Source: Eubacteriales bacterium (GTDB lineage Bacteria; Bacillota; Clostridia; Oscillospirales; CAG-272). From it: 64,000 nt of DNA. Below are positions 1 to 11,005 of this stretch, piece after piece; positions within the stretch are counted from its first letter, which is position 1; each line of letters starts with the position of its first letter. Location: NCBI GenBank assembly GCA_045632345.1, contig JAZQWM010000052.1:5229-69228 (forward strand), read 5' to 3'. The translations under genes were made by a program, and so were the position numbers. The notes below the pieces were generated by a model that was not told the origin of the DNA, searched no databases, and saw only the letters and a list, made by a program, of their open reading frames with translations.

Positions 1-914
1 TTGCTGAAATCGCAATCGCTGAGGGTGCAGACGCAATCTGCCACGGCTGTACAGGTAAGGGTAATGACCAAGTTCGTTTTGAGCTTACAATTAAGGCATT
101 CGCACCTGATATGCCAATTATCGCTCCATGGCGTGAGTGGACAATTAAGTCCCGTGAAGAGGAAATCGAATACGCAGAGGCTCACAACGTACCTCTTAAG
201 ATAAACCGTGAAACAAACTACTCAAAGGATAAGAACCTTTGGCACTTAAGCCACGAGGGACTTGACCTTGAGGATGCAGGCAACGAGCCACTTTACGAAA
301 AGGAAGGCTTCCTTGAAATGGGCGTTTCCCCATTACAAGCACCAGATAAACCAACATATGTTGAGCTTGACTTCGTTCAAGGTATTCCTGTTGCAATCAA
401 CGGCGAAAAAATGAGCGCTAAGAACATTATTTTAAAGCTTAACGAGCTCGGCGGAGCAAACGGTATCGGACTTCTCGACATCGTTGAAAACCGTCTTGTT
501 GGTATGAAGTGCCGCGGCGTTTATGAAACTCCAGGCGGAGCAATCCTTTACTTCGCACACAACTACCTTGAAACAATCTGCCTTGACAAAATGACAATGC
601 ACGAAAAGCAAAAGCTCTCAATCACATTTGCTGAGCTTGTATATAACGGTCAATGGTTTACACCACTTCGTGAGGCTCTTTCAGCATTTGTTGACAAGAC
701 ACAAGAGAACGTTACAGGTAAGGTAAGAATTAAGCTTTACAAGGGTAACATGATTAAGGCTGGCGTATGGAGCGACTATTCACTCTACTCAGAAGAAATC
801 GCAACGTTTGGTGAGGATAACGTTTACAACCAAGCAGACTCAGCTGGATTTATCAACCTATTCGGCTTACCAATCAAGGTTCAAGCTCAAGTTAACGCAA
901 AGAACAAGAAATAA
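1..914 (+). CDS. argG: argininosuccinate synthase, C-terminal part (5' end outside window)
   Basis: Frame 3 is open from the window edge ([28 protein letters not shown]...) and runs into the listed 111..914 ORF. ArgG-like sequence; first gene of a contiguous arg cluster. Confidence 0.9.
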   Translation, partial: AEIAIAEGADAICHGCTGKGNDQVRFELTIKAFAPDMPIIAPWREWTIKSREEEIEYAEAHNVPLKINRETNYSKDKNLWHLSHEGLDLEDAGNEPLYEKEGFLEMGVSPLQAPDKPTYVELDFVQGIPVAINGEKMSAKNIILKLNELGGANGIGLLDIVENRLVGMKCRGVYETPGGAILYFAHNYLETICLDKMTMHEKQKLSITFAELVYNGQWFTPLREALSAFVDKTQENVTGKVRIKLYKGNMIKAGVWSDYSLYSEEIATFGEDNVYNQADSAGFINLFGLPIKVQAQVNAKNKK

Positions 915-925
915 TTAATACCAAT

Positions 926-952
926 TTGCGATGGGTATTTTGCCCATCGCAA
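926..952 (+). other. perfect 10-bp hairpin between argG and argH (weak terminator/attenuator or processing site)
   Basis: TTGCGATGGG-TATTTTG-CCCATCGCAA; no clean U-tract follows. Confidence 0.35.
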
Positions 953-1000
953 TACGGCTTTATAAAAAGGCTAATTTCCTAAGTACGAAAGGACAAATTT

Positions 1001-2374
1001 ATGGATAAAATGTGGGCAGGAAGATTTGAAAAGGCGCTTGATAAGCAGGCTGACGACTTTAATTCTTCCATTCATTTCGATAAAAAAATGTATAAGCAGG
1101 ATATTTTAGGCTCTCTTGAGCATGCTCTTATGCTCTCAAGCTGTGGCATTATATCTCATAGCGAATACGAGAAAATTGCAGAGGGATTAAATTCAATCCT
1201 TGATGATTTAAATAACGGCGCCCTTGCATTTGATGAGGATGCAGAGGATATCCATATGTTTGTTGAAGCCGAGCTTACTAAGCGTATCGGTGATGCAGGT
1301 AAAAGATTACATACTGCAAGAAGCCGTAACGACCAGGTAGCATTAGACCTTCGCCTCTATATGCGAGATGAAGCAACTACTATTATTGAAATGCTTAAGG
1401 AGCTTATCGGCGCATTACAGGAGCAGGCAGAGAAAAACCAAAAATCAATTATGCCGGGCTATACACATTTACAAAGAGCGCAGCCAATCACATTTGCACA
1501 TCATTTACTTGCATATTGCATGATGTTCATTCGTGACGTAACAAGATTACAGGACGCAATCAAGCGTATGAATTACTCCCCGCTTGGCTCCTGCGCACTT
1601 GCCGGCACAACTTATCCAACAGACAGAGATATGGTAGCAAAAGCCCTTAACTTTGACGGTATCTGCCTAAACTCCATTGACGGCGTTTCTGACAGAGACT
1701 ACTGTATAGAGCTTGAAAGTGCATTTTCACTTATTATGATGCACCTGTCCCGCCTTAGTGAGGAAATTATTCTTTGGTCAAGCTGGGAATTTAAGTTCGT
1801 TGAGCTTGACGATTCATATACAACAGGCTCATCAATTATGCCACAAAAGAAAAACCCTGATATGGCAGAGCTTGTAAGAGGAAAAACAGGCAGAGTATAT
1901 GGCGATTTAATGGCGACACTTACAATGCTTAAGGGAATTCCACTTGCATACAACAAGGATATGCAAGAGGATAAGGAAGCGATTTTTGATGCAACTGAAA
2001 CAGTTCAAAAATGTATCAGCGTTTTTGTTCCAATGATCAAAACAATGAAATCAATTCCTGAAAATATGTATAACGCCGCAAAGCGTGGCTTTATAAACGC
2101 AACAGACTTAGCTGACTACCTAACTAAAAAAGGACTTCCGTTCAGAAGCGCATATAAAATCGTAGGAACAATAGTTGGCGAGTGCATTAAGAAGAATATT
2201 ACACTTGATGAAATGTCCCTTGAAGAATACAAATCTCATTCTGACATTTTTGAAAGTGACCTATATAACGAAATTTCTCTTGAAAGCTGTGTAGCTAAGA
2301 GAATTTCAAGAGGATCAACAGGCTATGAATCCGTAAAAGAGCAACTAAATTACGTAGCGGAGTTTTTAAAATGA
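1001..2374 (+). CDS. argH: argininosuccinate lyase
   Basis: 457 aa with lyase-1 family pattern (GYTHLQRAQP, GSSIMPQKKNPD). Sits in the arg cluster. Confidence 0.95.
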   Translation: MDKMWAGRFEKALDKQADDFNSSIHFDKKMYKQDILGSLEHALMLSSCGIISHSEYEKIAEGLNSILDDLNNGALAFDEDAEDIHMFVEAELTKRIGDAGKRLHTARSRNDQVALDLRLYMRDEATTIIEMLKELIGALQEQAEKNQKSIMPGYTHLQRAQPITFAHHLLAYCMMFIRDVTRLQDAIKRMNYSPLGSCALAGTTYPTDRDMVAKALNFDGICLNSIDGVSDRDYCIELESAFSLIMMHLSRLSEEIILWSSWEFKFVELDDSYTTGSSIMPQKKNPDMAELVRGKTGRVYGDLMATLTMLKGIPLAYNKDMQEDKEAIFDATETVQKCISVFVPMIKTMKSIPENMYNAAKRGFINATDLADYLTKKGLPFRSAYKIVGTIVGECIKKNITLDEMSLEEYKSHSDIFESDLYNEISLESCVAKRISRGSTGYESVKEQLNYVAEFLK

Positions 2375-3306
2375 GCAAAAAGAAAATTTTTATAGATGGA
2401 AAAGCAGGCACAACAGGACTTCGCATTGAGGAAAGACTGTCAAGCCGTGATGATATTGAAATCGTTACGTTACCTGATGAATTAAGAAAAGACCCGGAAG
2501 CTAAGAAAAAGGTACTTAACCAAGTAGATGTAGCATTTCTTTGCTTACCTGACCAAGCCGCTAAGGACTCAGTTGCGCTTATTGACAATCCAAACGTAGT
2601 TGTAATCGACACTTCAACCGCCCACAGAACAAATCCTGATTGGGCATACGGCTTTGCAGAGCTTGATAAATCCTTTGAAAATAAAATTAAAAATAGCAAG
2701 CGTATCGCAGTTCCTGGCTGTCATGCCAGCGGCTTTATCGCGCTTGTTTACCCACTTATTAAAAACGGAATTATCTCCCCCGATACACTCTTAACCTGCC
2801 ATTCAATTACAGGCTTTAGCGGTGGCGGTAAGAAAATGATTGAGGAATATAATAACGATGATAGATGCATATGCCTTGACGCTCCAAGACAGTACGGACT
2901 TACTCAAGCACATAAACACTTACCTGAAATGAGCAAAATCACAGGACTTAACAACCTTCCAATCTTTTGCCCAATCGTTTCCGATTTCTATTCAGGTATG
3001 GAGGTAACAGTCCCACTCTTTAAAAGTCAGCTTTTAAAGGGCGATATTGAAGCTATCAAGGAAATTTACAGAAACGCATATAATACTGAAATCGTATATT
3101 ACAAGGATAATTCAAGCGAAGAGGGCTTTTTAACCGCCAACGCTTTAAGCGGAAAAGACTCAATGCAAATTGAAGTGTTCGGCAACGAGGACAGAATTTT
3201 ATTAACCGCAAGATACGATAACTTAGGCAAGGGCGCATCAGGTGCCGCTGTTGAATGCTTAAATATTGTTTTAAACCAAGAAAAAACCAAAACTTTAGAG
3301 GTATAA
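2371..3306 (+). CDS. argC: N-acetyl-gamma-glutamyl-phosphate reductase (short type)
   Basis: 311 aa with GKAGTTG NAD motif and PGCHASG catalytic Cys region. 4-nt overlap with the argH stop. Confidence 0.9.
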   Translation: MSKKKIFIDGKAGTTGLRIEERLSSRDDIEIVTLPDELRKDPEAKKKVLNQVDVAFLCLPDQAAKDSVALIDNPNVVVIDTSTAHRTNPDWAYGFAELDKSFENKIKNSKRIAVPGCHASGFIALVYPLIKNGIISPDTLLTCHSITGFSGGGKKMIEEYNNDDRCICLDAPRQYGLTQAHKHLPEMSKITGLNNLPIFCPIVSDFYSGMEVTVPLFKSQLLKGDIEAIKEIYRNAYNTEIVYYKDNSSEEGFLTANALSGKDSMQIEVFGNEDRILLTARYDNLGKGASGAAVECLNIVLNQEKTKTLEV

Positions 3307-3307
3307 C

Positions 3308-4522
3308 ATGAAAATTATTGAAGGTGGAGTTTGCGCAGCACAAGGCTTTTTAGCAAGCGGTGTTCACTGTGGAATTCGTAAGAATAAGGAAAAGAGAGAT
3401 ATTGCACTTATCTATTCCCAAAAGAAAGCAACAGCTGCAGCAGTATATACAACTAACAAGGTTAAGGGCGCGCCTTTAACAGTAACTAAAAACAATATAG
3501 CAGACGGCTATGCTCAAGCAGTAATCTGTAATAGCGGTAACGCTAATACCTGTAATGCAAACGGTATTGAAATTGCAGAGCAAATGTGCGACCTTGTTGC
3601 AAAGGAATTGAATATTAGCGCAAAGGACGTTGTTGTAGCATCAACAGGCGTTATCGGTCAGCCTTTAAATATTGAGCCTATTGCAAAGGGCATTCCAATG
3701 CTTAAGGAGCAATTATCCCAGGACGGAAGCAAAAACGCAGCCGAGGGTATTATGACAACCGATACAAGATTAAAGGAATTATCCGTAAGCTTTGAGGTTG
3801 ATGGTGTAGAATGTAAAATTGGCGGTATTGCCAAGGGCTCAGGTATGATTCACCCTAATATGGCTACAATGCTTGTGTTTATTACAACAGACTGTAATAT
3901 TTCAGCTAAGATGCTTCAAAAGGCTTTATCAACAGATATTCAAAATACCTTCAATATGGTAAGCGTTGACGGAGATACCTCAACAAACGATATGGTAACA
4001 ATCCTAGCTAATGGTATGGCAGGCAATAAGGAAATCACAGAAGAAAATGAAGCATACAAAACCTTTATGGAAGCGCTTAACACGTTAACCGTTTATCTTT
4101 GCCGTAAAATCGCAGGAGACGGAGAGGGAGCAACAAAGCTTCTTGAATGTGAGGTTGAGGGTGCTTACGATGAAGCGAACGCTAAAATTATTGCAAAGAG
4201 CGTTATTTGCTCATCACTTGTAAAGAGCGCAATGTTTGGCTCTGACGCTAACTGGGGAAGAGTTTTATGCGCTATCGGTTATAGCGGAGCAACAGTAGAT
4301 GTAAATAAGGTATTTGTTTCCTTTAAATCTGCAAAGGGCGAAATCTCAGTTTGTGAAAACGGTGCAGGCGTAGATTTCTCTGAGGAAATCGCAAAGGAAA
4401 TTCTTTTAGAAGAGGAAATCACAATCAAAATTAAATTAGGCGACGGAAACGGCAATGCAGTAGCATGGGGCTGTGACTTAACCTATGATTATGTAAGAAT
4501 TAACGGAGATTATAGAACGTAA
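3308..4522 (+). CDS. argJ: bifunctional ornithine acetyltransferase / glutamate N-acetyltransferase
   Basis: 404 aa, ArgJ-like, including the autoproteolysis region ATMLVFITTD. Confidence 0.9.
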   Translation: MKIIEGGVCAAQGFLASGVHCGIRKNKEKRDIALIYSQKKATAAAVYTTNKVKGAPLTVTKNNIADGYAQAVICNSGNANTCNANGIEIAEQMCDLVAKELNISAKDVVVASTGVIGQPLNIEPIAKGIPMLKEQLSQDGSKNAAEGIMTTDTRLKELSVSFEVDGVECKIGGIAKGSGMIHPNMATMLVFITTDCNISAKMLQKALSTDIQNTFNMVSVDGDTSTNDMVTILANGMAGNKEITEENEAYKTFMEALNTLTVYLCRKIAGDGEGATKLLECEVEGAYDEANAKIIAKSVICSSLVKSAMFGSDANWGRVLCAIGYSGATVDVNKVFVSFKSAKGEISVCENGAGVDFSEEIAKEILLEEEITIKIKLGDGNGNAVAWGCDLTYDYVRINGDYRT

Positions 4523-5424
4523 TGGAACTTAGCAATTTACCACTTGGAATGACAAATGCTCAAAGAGCCGTAGTTTTAACACAAGCGCTTCCATATATTC
4601 AAAAGTACTATGGCAAGGTTGTAGTTATCAAATACGGCGGAAATGCTATGATTAACGAGCAATTAAAGGAACAAGTAATGGAAGACATTGTTCTTTTACA
4701 CCTTATCGGCGTTAAGGTTGTTTTAGTTCACGGCGGTGGACCGGAAATCACCGATACATTAAAGCAAATCGGCAAGGAAACTGTATTCGTTGACGGACTT
4801 CGTGTAACCGACGAGGAAACTATCGGCGTTGTGCAAATGGTTCTTGCAGGTAAAATTAACAAGAGTCTTGTAAATAAGCTTCAAATCAAGGGCGGTAAGG
4901 CTATCGGTATTTCAGGTCTTGACGGTCATATGATTCAAGCAGAAATGAAGGATAAGCGCCTTGGCTATGTTGGTAAAATCACAAACGTTGACGTTAAGCC
5001 AATTTGCGACCTTTTAGAAAAGGACTATATTCCTGTTGTATCAACCATCGGTTGCGACAAGGAGGGCAATGTATATAATATCAATGCAGATACAGCTGCC
5101 GCATTTATCGCAGGCGGTATGAACGCATCAAGACTTATTACAATGACTGATATTGAAGGTATTTTAATGGATAAGGATGACCATTCATCAATCATTCCAT
5201 GTATTGACCTTAAAATGGCAGATAAGCTCTTTAAGCACGAAATCATCAGTGGCGGTATGATACCTAAGGTTGAATGCTGTATTGATGCAATCCATAAGGG
5301 CGTTAAAAAGGTTACAATCCTTGACGGCCGTGTGCCACACGCATTGCTTATTGAAATGCTTACCGATGAGGGTGCTGGTACAATGTTTGTAAGAGATATG
5401 GATGAGGACAAAGATGGGCTTTAA
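4522..5424 (+). CDS. argB: acetylglutamate kinase
   Basis: 300 aa amino-acid kinase fold (VIKYGGNAM, VLVHGGGP). Confidence 0.92.
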   Translation: MELSNLPLGMTNAQRAVVLTQALPYIQKYYGKVVVIKYGGNAMINEQLKEQVMEDIVLLHLIGVKVVLVHGGGPEITDTLKQIGKETVFVDGLRVTDEETIGVVQMVLAGKINKSLVNKLQIKGGKAIGISGLDGHMIQAEMKDKRLGYVGKITNVDVKPICDLLEKDYIPVVSTIGCDKEGNVYNINADTAAAFIAGGMNASRLITMTDIEGILMDKDDHSSIIPCIDLKMADKLFKHEIISGGMIPKVECCIDAIHKGVKKVTILDGRVPHALLIEMLTDEGAGTMFVRDMDEDKDGL

Positions 5425-6583
5425 AAATATAGACAAGGAATATGTAGCTAATACATATGGTAGATTTGATTTAGAGCTAACCCACGGTAGTGGCTCCTTA
5501 GTTTACGATATAAACGGCAAGGAATATATTGACCTATCAACAGGAATTGCAGTAAATACCTTCGGTATTTCCGATACTGAATGGATAGGAGCTATAACTG
5601 AGCAGCTAAACAAGGTTCAGCATACCTCTAACCTTTACTATTCCGAGCCATGCGCCGTTCTTGCAAAAATGCTTTGCGAGGGCACAGGTGCAAAAAAAGT
5701 ATTTTTCTCAAACTCAGGCGCAGAGTCTAACGAGTGCGCAATTAAAGCCGCAAGACTTTGGGCAAGCGAAAATAAGGGCGAGGAATACTTTAATATTATC
5801 ACACTTAAAAACAGCTTTCACGGAAGAACAATTACAACACTTTCTGCCACAGGACAGGATGTTTTCCATAAGTACTTTAACCCATTAACAGGCGGCTTCC
5901 TTTATGCTGAGGCAAACAATCTTGATAGCGTTTGCGACCTTATAAAGAACAATAAATGCGCCGCTATTATGATGGAGCTTGTCCAAGGCGAGGGCGGAGT
6001 TATGGCTCTTAACCGGGACTTCGTTGACGGCGTATGCGCTCTTGCCAAGGAAAATAACATTTTAGTTATTATTGATGAGGTGCAAACGGGCAACGGTAGA
6101 ACAGGAGAGCTTTACGCTTTCCAAAGCTACGGAATTATACCTGACATTGTGTCAACTGCAAAGGGTCTTGCAGGCGGACTTCCTCTCGGCGCAACTCTAT
6201 TTTTCGATAAAACAGAGTTCACACTTAAAGCAGGACTTCACGGCTCAACCTTCGGCGGTAATCCTATTGCCTGTGCAGGTGCTATCAATATCCTATCAAG
6301 ACTTGATAGAGAAATGCTCGATAGCGTAAAATCAAAATCAAAGTATATCTTTGATAGCCTACAAAATGCAGAGGGTATTAAGAGTGTAAGTGGCTTAGGT
6401 CTTATGATAGGCATTGAAACCGAGGGAGATGCATCTGTAATTTTAGCAAAATGTATGGAAAAGGGCATTTTACCAATCAAGGCTAAAAACAAAATCAGAT
6501 TACTTCCTGCACTCAATATTCCAATGGACTTACTTGAAAAATCCATTAACATTATTAAAGAAACTGCTAAGGAGAATAAATAA
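5414..6583 (+). CDS. argD: acetylornithine aminotransferase
   Basis: Class III aminotransferase pattern ([28 protein letters not shown]). The ATG at 5414 has a GAGGA 5 nt upstream; the listed 5402 start is the alternative. Confidence 0.88.
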   Translation: MGFKNIDKEYVANTYGRFDLELTHGSGSLVYDINGKEYIDLSTGIAVNTFGISDTEWIGAITEQLNKVQHTSNLYYSEPCAVLAKMLCEGTGAKKVFFSNSGAESNECAIKAARLWASENKGEEYFNIITLKNSFHGRTITTLSATGQDVFHKYFNPLTGGFLYAEANNLDSVCDLIKNNKCAAIMMELVQGEGGVMALNRDFVDGVCALAKENNILVIIDEVQTGNGRTGELYAFQSYGIIPDIVSTAKGLAGGLPLGATLFFDKTEFTLKAGLHGSTFGGNPIACAGAINILSRLDREMLDSVKSKSKYIFDSLQNAEGIKSVSGLGLMIGIETEGDASVILAKCMEKGILPIKAKNKIRLLPALNIPMDLLEKSINIIKETAKENK

Positions 6584-7569
6584 TGAACTTCTTAAAGGAA
6601 AAAGACTTTTTAAAGCTTCTTGATTTCACACCATGTGAAATCGGTAAGCTTATAGATTTAGCTGCTGAATTAAAGGCTAAAAAGAAAAACGGCGAGGCTC
6701 ACGATTATTGCAAGGGCAAGAATATCGCTTTAATATTTGAAAAAACAAGCACAAGAACAAGATGTAGCTTTGAGGTTGCCGCTCACGATTTAGGTATGGG
6801 CGTAACGTATCTTGACCCAACAGGCTCACAAATTGGTAAAAAGGAAAGTATTGCCGATACCGCAAGAGTTCTTGCTTCAATCTATGACGGCATCGAATAC
6901 CGTGGCTACGGTCAAGAAATTGTTGAGGAGCTTGCAAAATACTCCAAGGTGCCTGTATGGAATGGCTTAACAAACGAATTCCACCCAACACAAATCCTTG
7001 CTGACTTCTTAACAATTAAGGAGCATTTCGGCAAATTAAAAGGCATAAAGCTCGTATACATGGGCGATGCAAGATACAATATGGGTAACTCCTTAATGGT
7101 AGGATGCGCTAAAATGGGTCTTGACTTTGTTGCTTGCGCACCAAAGAAATATTTCCCAGACCAAGCATTAATTGATGCTTGCCAAGAAATCGCAAAGGAA
7201 ACAGGCGCAACTCTCTCATTTGAGGAAAATCCTGAAATTGCAGTTAAAAACGCAAATGTAATCTATACTGATGTATGGGTGTCAATGGGCGAGCCTATCG
7301 AGGTATGGCAGGAAAGAATTACCGACCTTGCTCCATACCAAGTAAATAGCGACATTATGAAAAAAGCCGACAAAAACGCCGTATTTATGCACTGTCTCCC
7401 TGCTTACCACGACCTTAAAACAGGCGTAGGAAAGGAAATGGGCGAAAAATTCGGCAGAGACTCAATGGAAGTAACTGATGAAGTGTTTGAAAGCGAGCAA
7501 TCAATCGTATTCCAAGAGGCAGAAAATCGTATGCACACCATCAAAGCAGTTATGCTTTCGACTTTATAA
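6583..7569 (+). CDS. argF: ornithine carbamoyltransferase
   Basis: 328 aa with STRTR, HPTQ and HCLP motifs. Last gene of the arg cluster. Confidence 0.9.
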   Translation: MNFLKEKDFLKLLDFTPCEIGKLIDLAAELKAKKKNGEAHDYCKGKNIALIFEKTSTRTRCSFEVAAHDLGMGVTYLDPTGSQIGKKESIADTARVLASIYDGIEYRGYGQEIVEELAKYSKVPVWNGLTNEFHPTQILADFLTIKEHFGKLKGIKLVYMGDARYNMGNSLMVGCAKMGLDFVACAPKKYFPDQALIDACQEIAKETGATLSFEENPEIAVKNANVIYTDVWVSMGEPIEVWQERITDLAPYQVNSDIMKKADKNAVFMHCLPAYHDLKTGVGKEMGEKFGRDSMEVTDEVFESEQSIVFQEAENRMHTIKAVMLSTL

Positions 7570-7594
7570 GCTTCATATTGCGTCGTTGCTCCTC

Positions 7595-7677
7595 GTTGAC
7601 AACCTCAATGTACGCCAAGTACATTATCGCCTGTCAACTTCGGTGCGCCTAGCACTATTTTGCTTCTAAAACCGAAG
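7595..7677 (+). other. two stable hairpins in the argF 3' untranslated region
   Basis: GTTGACA..AATGTAC-GCCAA-GTACATT..TGTCAAC (7595-7638) and CTTCGGT...ACCGAAG (7638-7677). Both lie between the argF stop and the terminator. Confidence 0.3.
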
Positions 7678-7702
7678 GTGCACGTAAAATTAAGTATGAA
7701 TT

Positions 7703-7727
7703 AGCCACGCTTAGCGTGGCTTTTTTA
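7703..7727 (+). terminator. rho-independent terminator of the arg operon
   Basis: AGCCACGC-TTA-GCGTGGCT followed by TTTTTT. Confidence 0.8.
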
Positions 7728-7779
7728 TATTTGCTAACCTATGGTTGACAGATTTTATATAAAAGCAACCGCAGGTTAG

Positions 7780-7808
7780 TTGACATAAGCTATAATAAAT
7801 GCTAAAAT
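7780..7808 (+). promoter_or_regulatory. sigma-A type promoter
   Basis: TTGACA, 17 nt, TAAAAT with TG extended -10. Lies 27 nt upstream of the 7835 ORF. Confidence 0.55.
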
Positions 7809-7834
7809 AAAGAAAAAGCAAAGGAGTGTAGCAA

Positions 7835-8782
7835 ATGGAAATAAAATTTCGCAATAAAAAAATAGTTTACATATTATTATCAGTACCATGCTTGGCATTT
7901 TGTATTTTTTTAAATATGTTTTTTGTTCCTGCATTAATTTTTAGTATTGAAAGCCATAATTTACAAGAAATATTGTTTTGCTCACTAATGATTTTTATTT
8001 TCTTAATTGCTGGAGCTTTTGGCGTTTTTATTGCCTTACAAGCTATAAATCATCTTGTTCTTAAGGATGATTATATTGAAGGTTATTACAACGGAAAAAT
8101 CAAAATCTATTACAAGGATATAGAATGTATATCTACACATTTTGAACCAACGTTACCAAACTCTAATGAAATTTGCATTTTTTTGCATAACGGAAAAAGC
8201 TATCACATAACGAATGTAAAAAATATTGACGAGGTTTATAAAAAAGTATTTATAAGCTCTCCTAATTTAGCTAAAGATTATAATGATATAAAGGTTAGAA
8301 AAGAAAAAACATCAAAAGCATCAAAATCATATTATATATTGATTGCATCTCTTATAGTAATTATGTTTGTTGCTATATTTATTTGTGTCGGTTTAACAGG
8401 GGCAAGAGATATTCCTGAATTTAACGAAACCGATAAAATCATATTTACGTACTTTATAATCTTTGAAATTGTAACCGTTATAACATTGTTTTTAGTGGCA
8501 ATTTTAGGCGCAAAATATGTAAGAAATAAATGGGTATTTGATAATATGCTGCGCTATTTGAAAGCAAAGCAAGACAAAGATAAAAATCTTGAACAATATA
8601 CAGATAAATTATTATCTGTAAAATACAAATTTGACTATTCATTAAGACTTATTTTATACAGACAGGATGAAAAAGAATTGTTTGCGGTAGAATGGTATGT
8701 TGGAAACTCATGGCGAGGTTGCGTTGATGAATTTACAAATGATGATGAAACCGCAAAGAAATATTTTGAAAGTACACTTTGA
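7835..8782 (+). CDS. hypothetical multi-pass membrane protein
   Basis: 315 aa with several hydrophobic helices, AGGAG RBS, and its own promoter and terminator. Confidence 0.6.
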   Translation: MEIKFRNKKIVYILLSVPCLAFCIFLNMFFVPALIFSIESHNLQEILFCSLMIFIFLIAGAFGVFIALQAINHLVLKDDYIEGYYNGKIKIYYKDIECISTHFEPTLPNSNEICIFLHNGKSYHITNVKNIDEVYKKVFISSPNLAKDYNDIKVRKEKTSKASKSYYILIASLIVIMFVAIFICVGLTGARDIPEFNETDKIIFTYFIIFEIVTVITLFLVAILGAKYVRNKWVFDNMLRYLKAKQDKDKNLEQYTDKLLSVKYKFDYSLRLILYRQDEKELFAVEWYVGNSWRGCVDEFTNDDETAKKYFESTL

Positions 8783-8786
8783 TATA

Positions 8787-8822
8787 AAACCGCCAAAGCA
8801 TCTTACTTTGGCGGTTTTATTT
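8787..8822 (+). terminator. rho-independent terminator
   Basis: ACCGCCAAAG-CATCTTA-CTTTGGCGGT followed by a T-run. Confidence 0.8.
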
Positions 8823-8831
8823 ACCTTTTTC

Positions 8832-8860
8832 TTGAAATAATCATAATAATATGCTACAAT
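8832..8860 (+). promoter_or_regulatory. sigma-A type promoter of the GRE cluster
   Basis: TTGAAA, 17 nt, TACAAT with TG extended -10. Confidence 0.6.
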
Positions 8861-8887
8861 ATTTTTATGAAATAAAGGAGGTGCAAT

Positions 8888-11005
8888 ATGACAGAACGAA
8901 TTAAAATCTTAACCGACCTTACCTTACAGGGTAAAATGTATGTTGATACAGTTGATACCGAATACGAATACGATAGCACCTTAACCGAAAGTCAAAATGA
9001 TGTAAAGCATCTATGCAAATATATTGTAAATCAAGAGCCTAAAATAACCGAGCATTCCGCATTTTGTGGCTACTTTAATTTTGACGGTAGCGTTATAGGC
9101 GATGCTTTCAGACGCGGCGGACACAAAAACACGGATATTGCACTTCAAAAATATTACCTAAAGCCCATAGATAACCTTTCAACAATGGAATGGCAGCACG
9201 CCACAGCCGACTATAAGAAGGTACTTGAAAAGGGCATAATGGGCATTATAAGAGATATTAACCACTCTATAGAGCAACATACAGAGCCTAACGAAATTGA
9301 GTTTTTACAGTCCTTAAAAAGGGTAGCAGTAGCTCTTATTAGATGGACAGAAAAATGCGTAAAAAGGGTTAAAGAATTCGCAAGAAAAACATCTGACATA
9401 GAAGCGCGCAAAAGACTGAAAAATCTTGCAAATGCCCTTGAATATGCACCCAAAAACCCGCCAAGAACGTTTTACGAAGCTGTATTATCAATCTACGTGT
9501 GCTTTAGCGCCGACCCAGATAGCGTAGGCACTCTTGATAGATACCTAACACCATTTTACGAAAATGATATTGCAAACGGCACACTAACTGAGGACGAGGC
9601 CAAGGAATACTTACAGGAGCTATTTTTAATGCTCCAAGCATCAACACACATTTCCTCCCCTCACTTTACCCGTGGCGGTCAATCCCATTTTTGTATCGGT
9701 GGCTATCTACCAAACGGAGAGGATGGCTTTAATAACCTGTCAAGGCTCATCGTTGAAGCGTTAACCGAGCTTCCAACCTACATTCCACAAATAACATTCC
9801 GTTGGACTAAAAAAACTCCTAAAAGCGCACTATACTATATGATGGATAAGGAAAGACAGGACCCGCACAAGCGTATAGCATTTACCAACGATGAAAAGCG
9901 TATAAAATGCTACACTGAAATATGCGGTATTCCATACGAAAGAGCCGTTTCCTACACAATGGTAGGATGTAACGAGCCTGCATTTTTAGGTGCAATCACA
10001 GGTAGCACCTCAAAGGGCAATATCCTAAAATGTATTGAAACACTATTCCACGAAAAAAGCGAAATAGTAAAAAGCATCGACACATTTGAGGACTTTTACG
10101 CATTATTCGAAACAGAGCTATATTTCGACCTTAATAAAATTTATGCATATGACGATATGTATAACCTTGAAAGAGCCAAGGATATAAATTATATATCCAG
10201 CCTATTCTTTAATGATTGCATAGAAAATGCAAAAAGCCTAACCCAAGGCGGTGGCAACTACGTTATCGCATCTCCTATGCTAATAGGCATAACCAACGTT
10301 ATTGACTCTCTTTGCGTTATCAAGCAACTTGTCTATGACACGAAAACAATCTCCTTAAACGAGCTTATTTCAGCCTTAAAATCGAATTGGCAAGGCTACG
10401 AGGATATGCACACGCTAATAAACAAAAAATGTTGCTTTTTCGGTAATGATGATACGTCATCAAATCAAATCGCCATATTGCTTTATAATAGCCTTTACAC
10501 CTACTTAAAAAACAAGAAAAACGTATTCGGCTATCAATTTTTAGCAGGCGACCTTTTAGGCTACAACGAGCATCACAAATGGTTTGGCGAAAAAACAAAA
10601 GCTACACCAGATGGCAGATTTAACGGAGAAATGCTTAAATTTGGCATAGGACAAAGCGAATGTAAGGACAAAAACGGTCTTACCGCACTTCTTAATTCAA
10701 TAGCCAAATGCGATGAAAATGCAATTTCCTGTGGCTCAACCGTAACTAATATTTCATTAGATAAATCACTAATTGAAAATGAGGATAGCTTTAGAAAATT
10801 AGTGTACGTGTTTGAGGAATATTTTAAACAGGGTGGCACACATTTTCAGCTTACCTATGTGTCAAGCGAGGATTTAATCAACGCCCAAAAATCCCCTAAG
10901 GATTACCAAAATCTAAGAGTAAGAGTTACAGGCTTTTCAGATTATTTTGTAAATCTTAAGGAAAGCATACAAAACGATATTATTAAAAGGACTGAGCAAA
11001 AATGA
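8888..11005 (+). CDS. glycyl radical enzyme, PFL2/dehydratase-lyase-like, unusually short
   Basis: 705 aa. C-terminal glycyl radical motif RVRVTGFSDYF and Cys loop MVGCNEPAF (Cys-x-Glu). Confidence 0.85.
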   Translation: MTERIKILTDLTLQGKMYVDTVDTEYEYDSTLTESQNDVKHLCKYIVNQEPKITEHSAFCGYFNFDGSVIGDAFRRGGHKNTDIALQKYYLKPIDNLSTMEWQHATADYKKVLEKGIMGIIRDINHSIEQHTEPNEIEFLQSLKRVAVALIRWTEKCVKRVKEFARKTSDIEARKRLKNLANALEYAPKNPPRTFYEAVLSIYVCFSADPDSVGTLDRYLTPFYENDIANGTLTEDEAKEYLQELFLMLQASTHISSPHFTRGGQSHFCIGGYLPNGEDGFNNLSRLIVEALTELPTYIPQITFRWTKKTPKSALYYMMDKERQDPHKRIAFTNDEKRIKCYTEICGIPYERAVSYTMVGCNEPAFLGAITGSTSKGNILKCIETLFHEKSEIVKSIDTFEDFYALFETELYFDLNKIYAYDDMYNLERAKDINYISSLFFNDCIENAKSLTQGGGNYVIASPMLIGITNVIDSLCVIKQLVYDTKTISLNELISALKSNWQGYEDMHTLINKKCCFFGNDDTSSNQIAILLYNSLYTYLKNKKNVFGYQFLAGDLLGYNEHHKWFGEKTKATPDGRFNGEMLKFGIGQSECKDKNGLTALLNSIAKCDENAISCGSTVTNISLDKSLIENEDSFRKLVYVFEEYFKQGGTHFQLTYVSSEDLINAQKSPKDYQNLRVRVTGFSDYFVNLKESIQNDIIKRTEQK

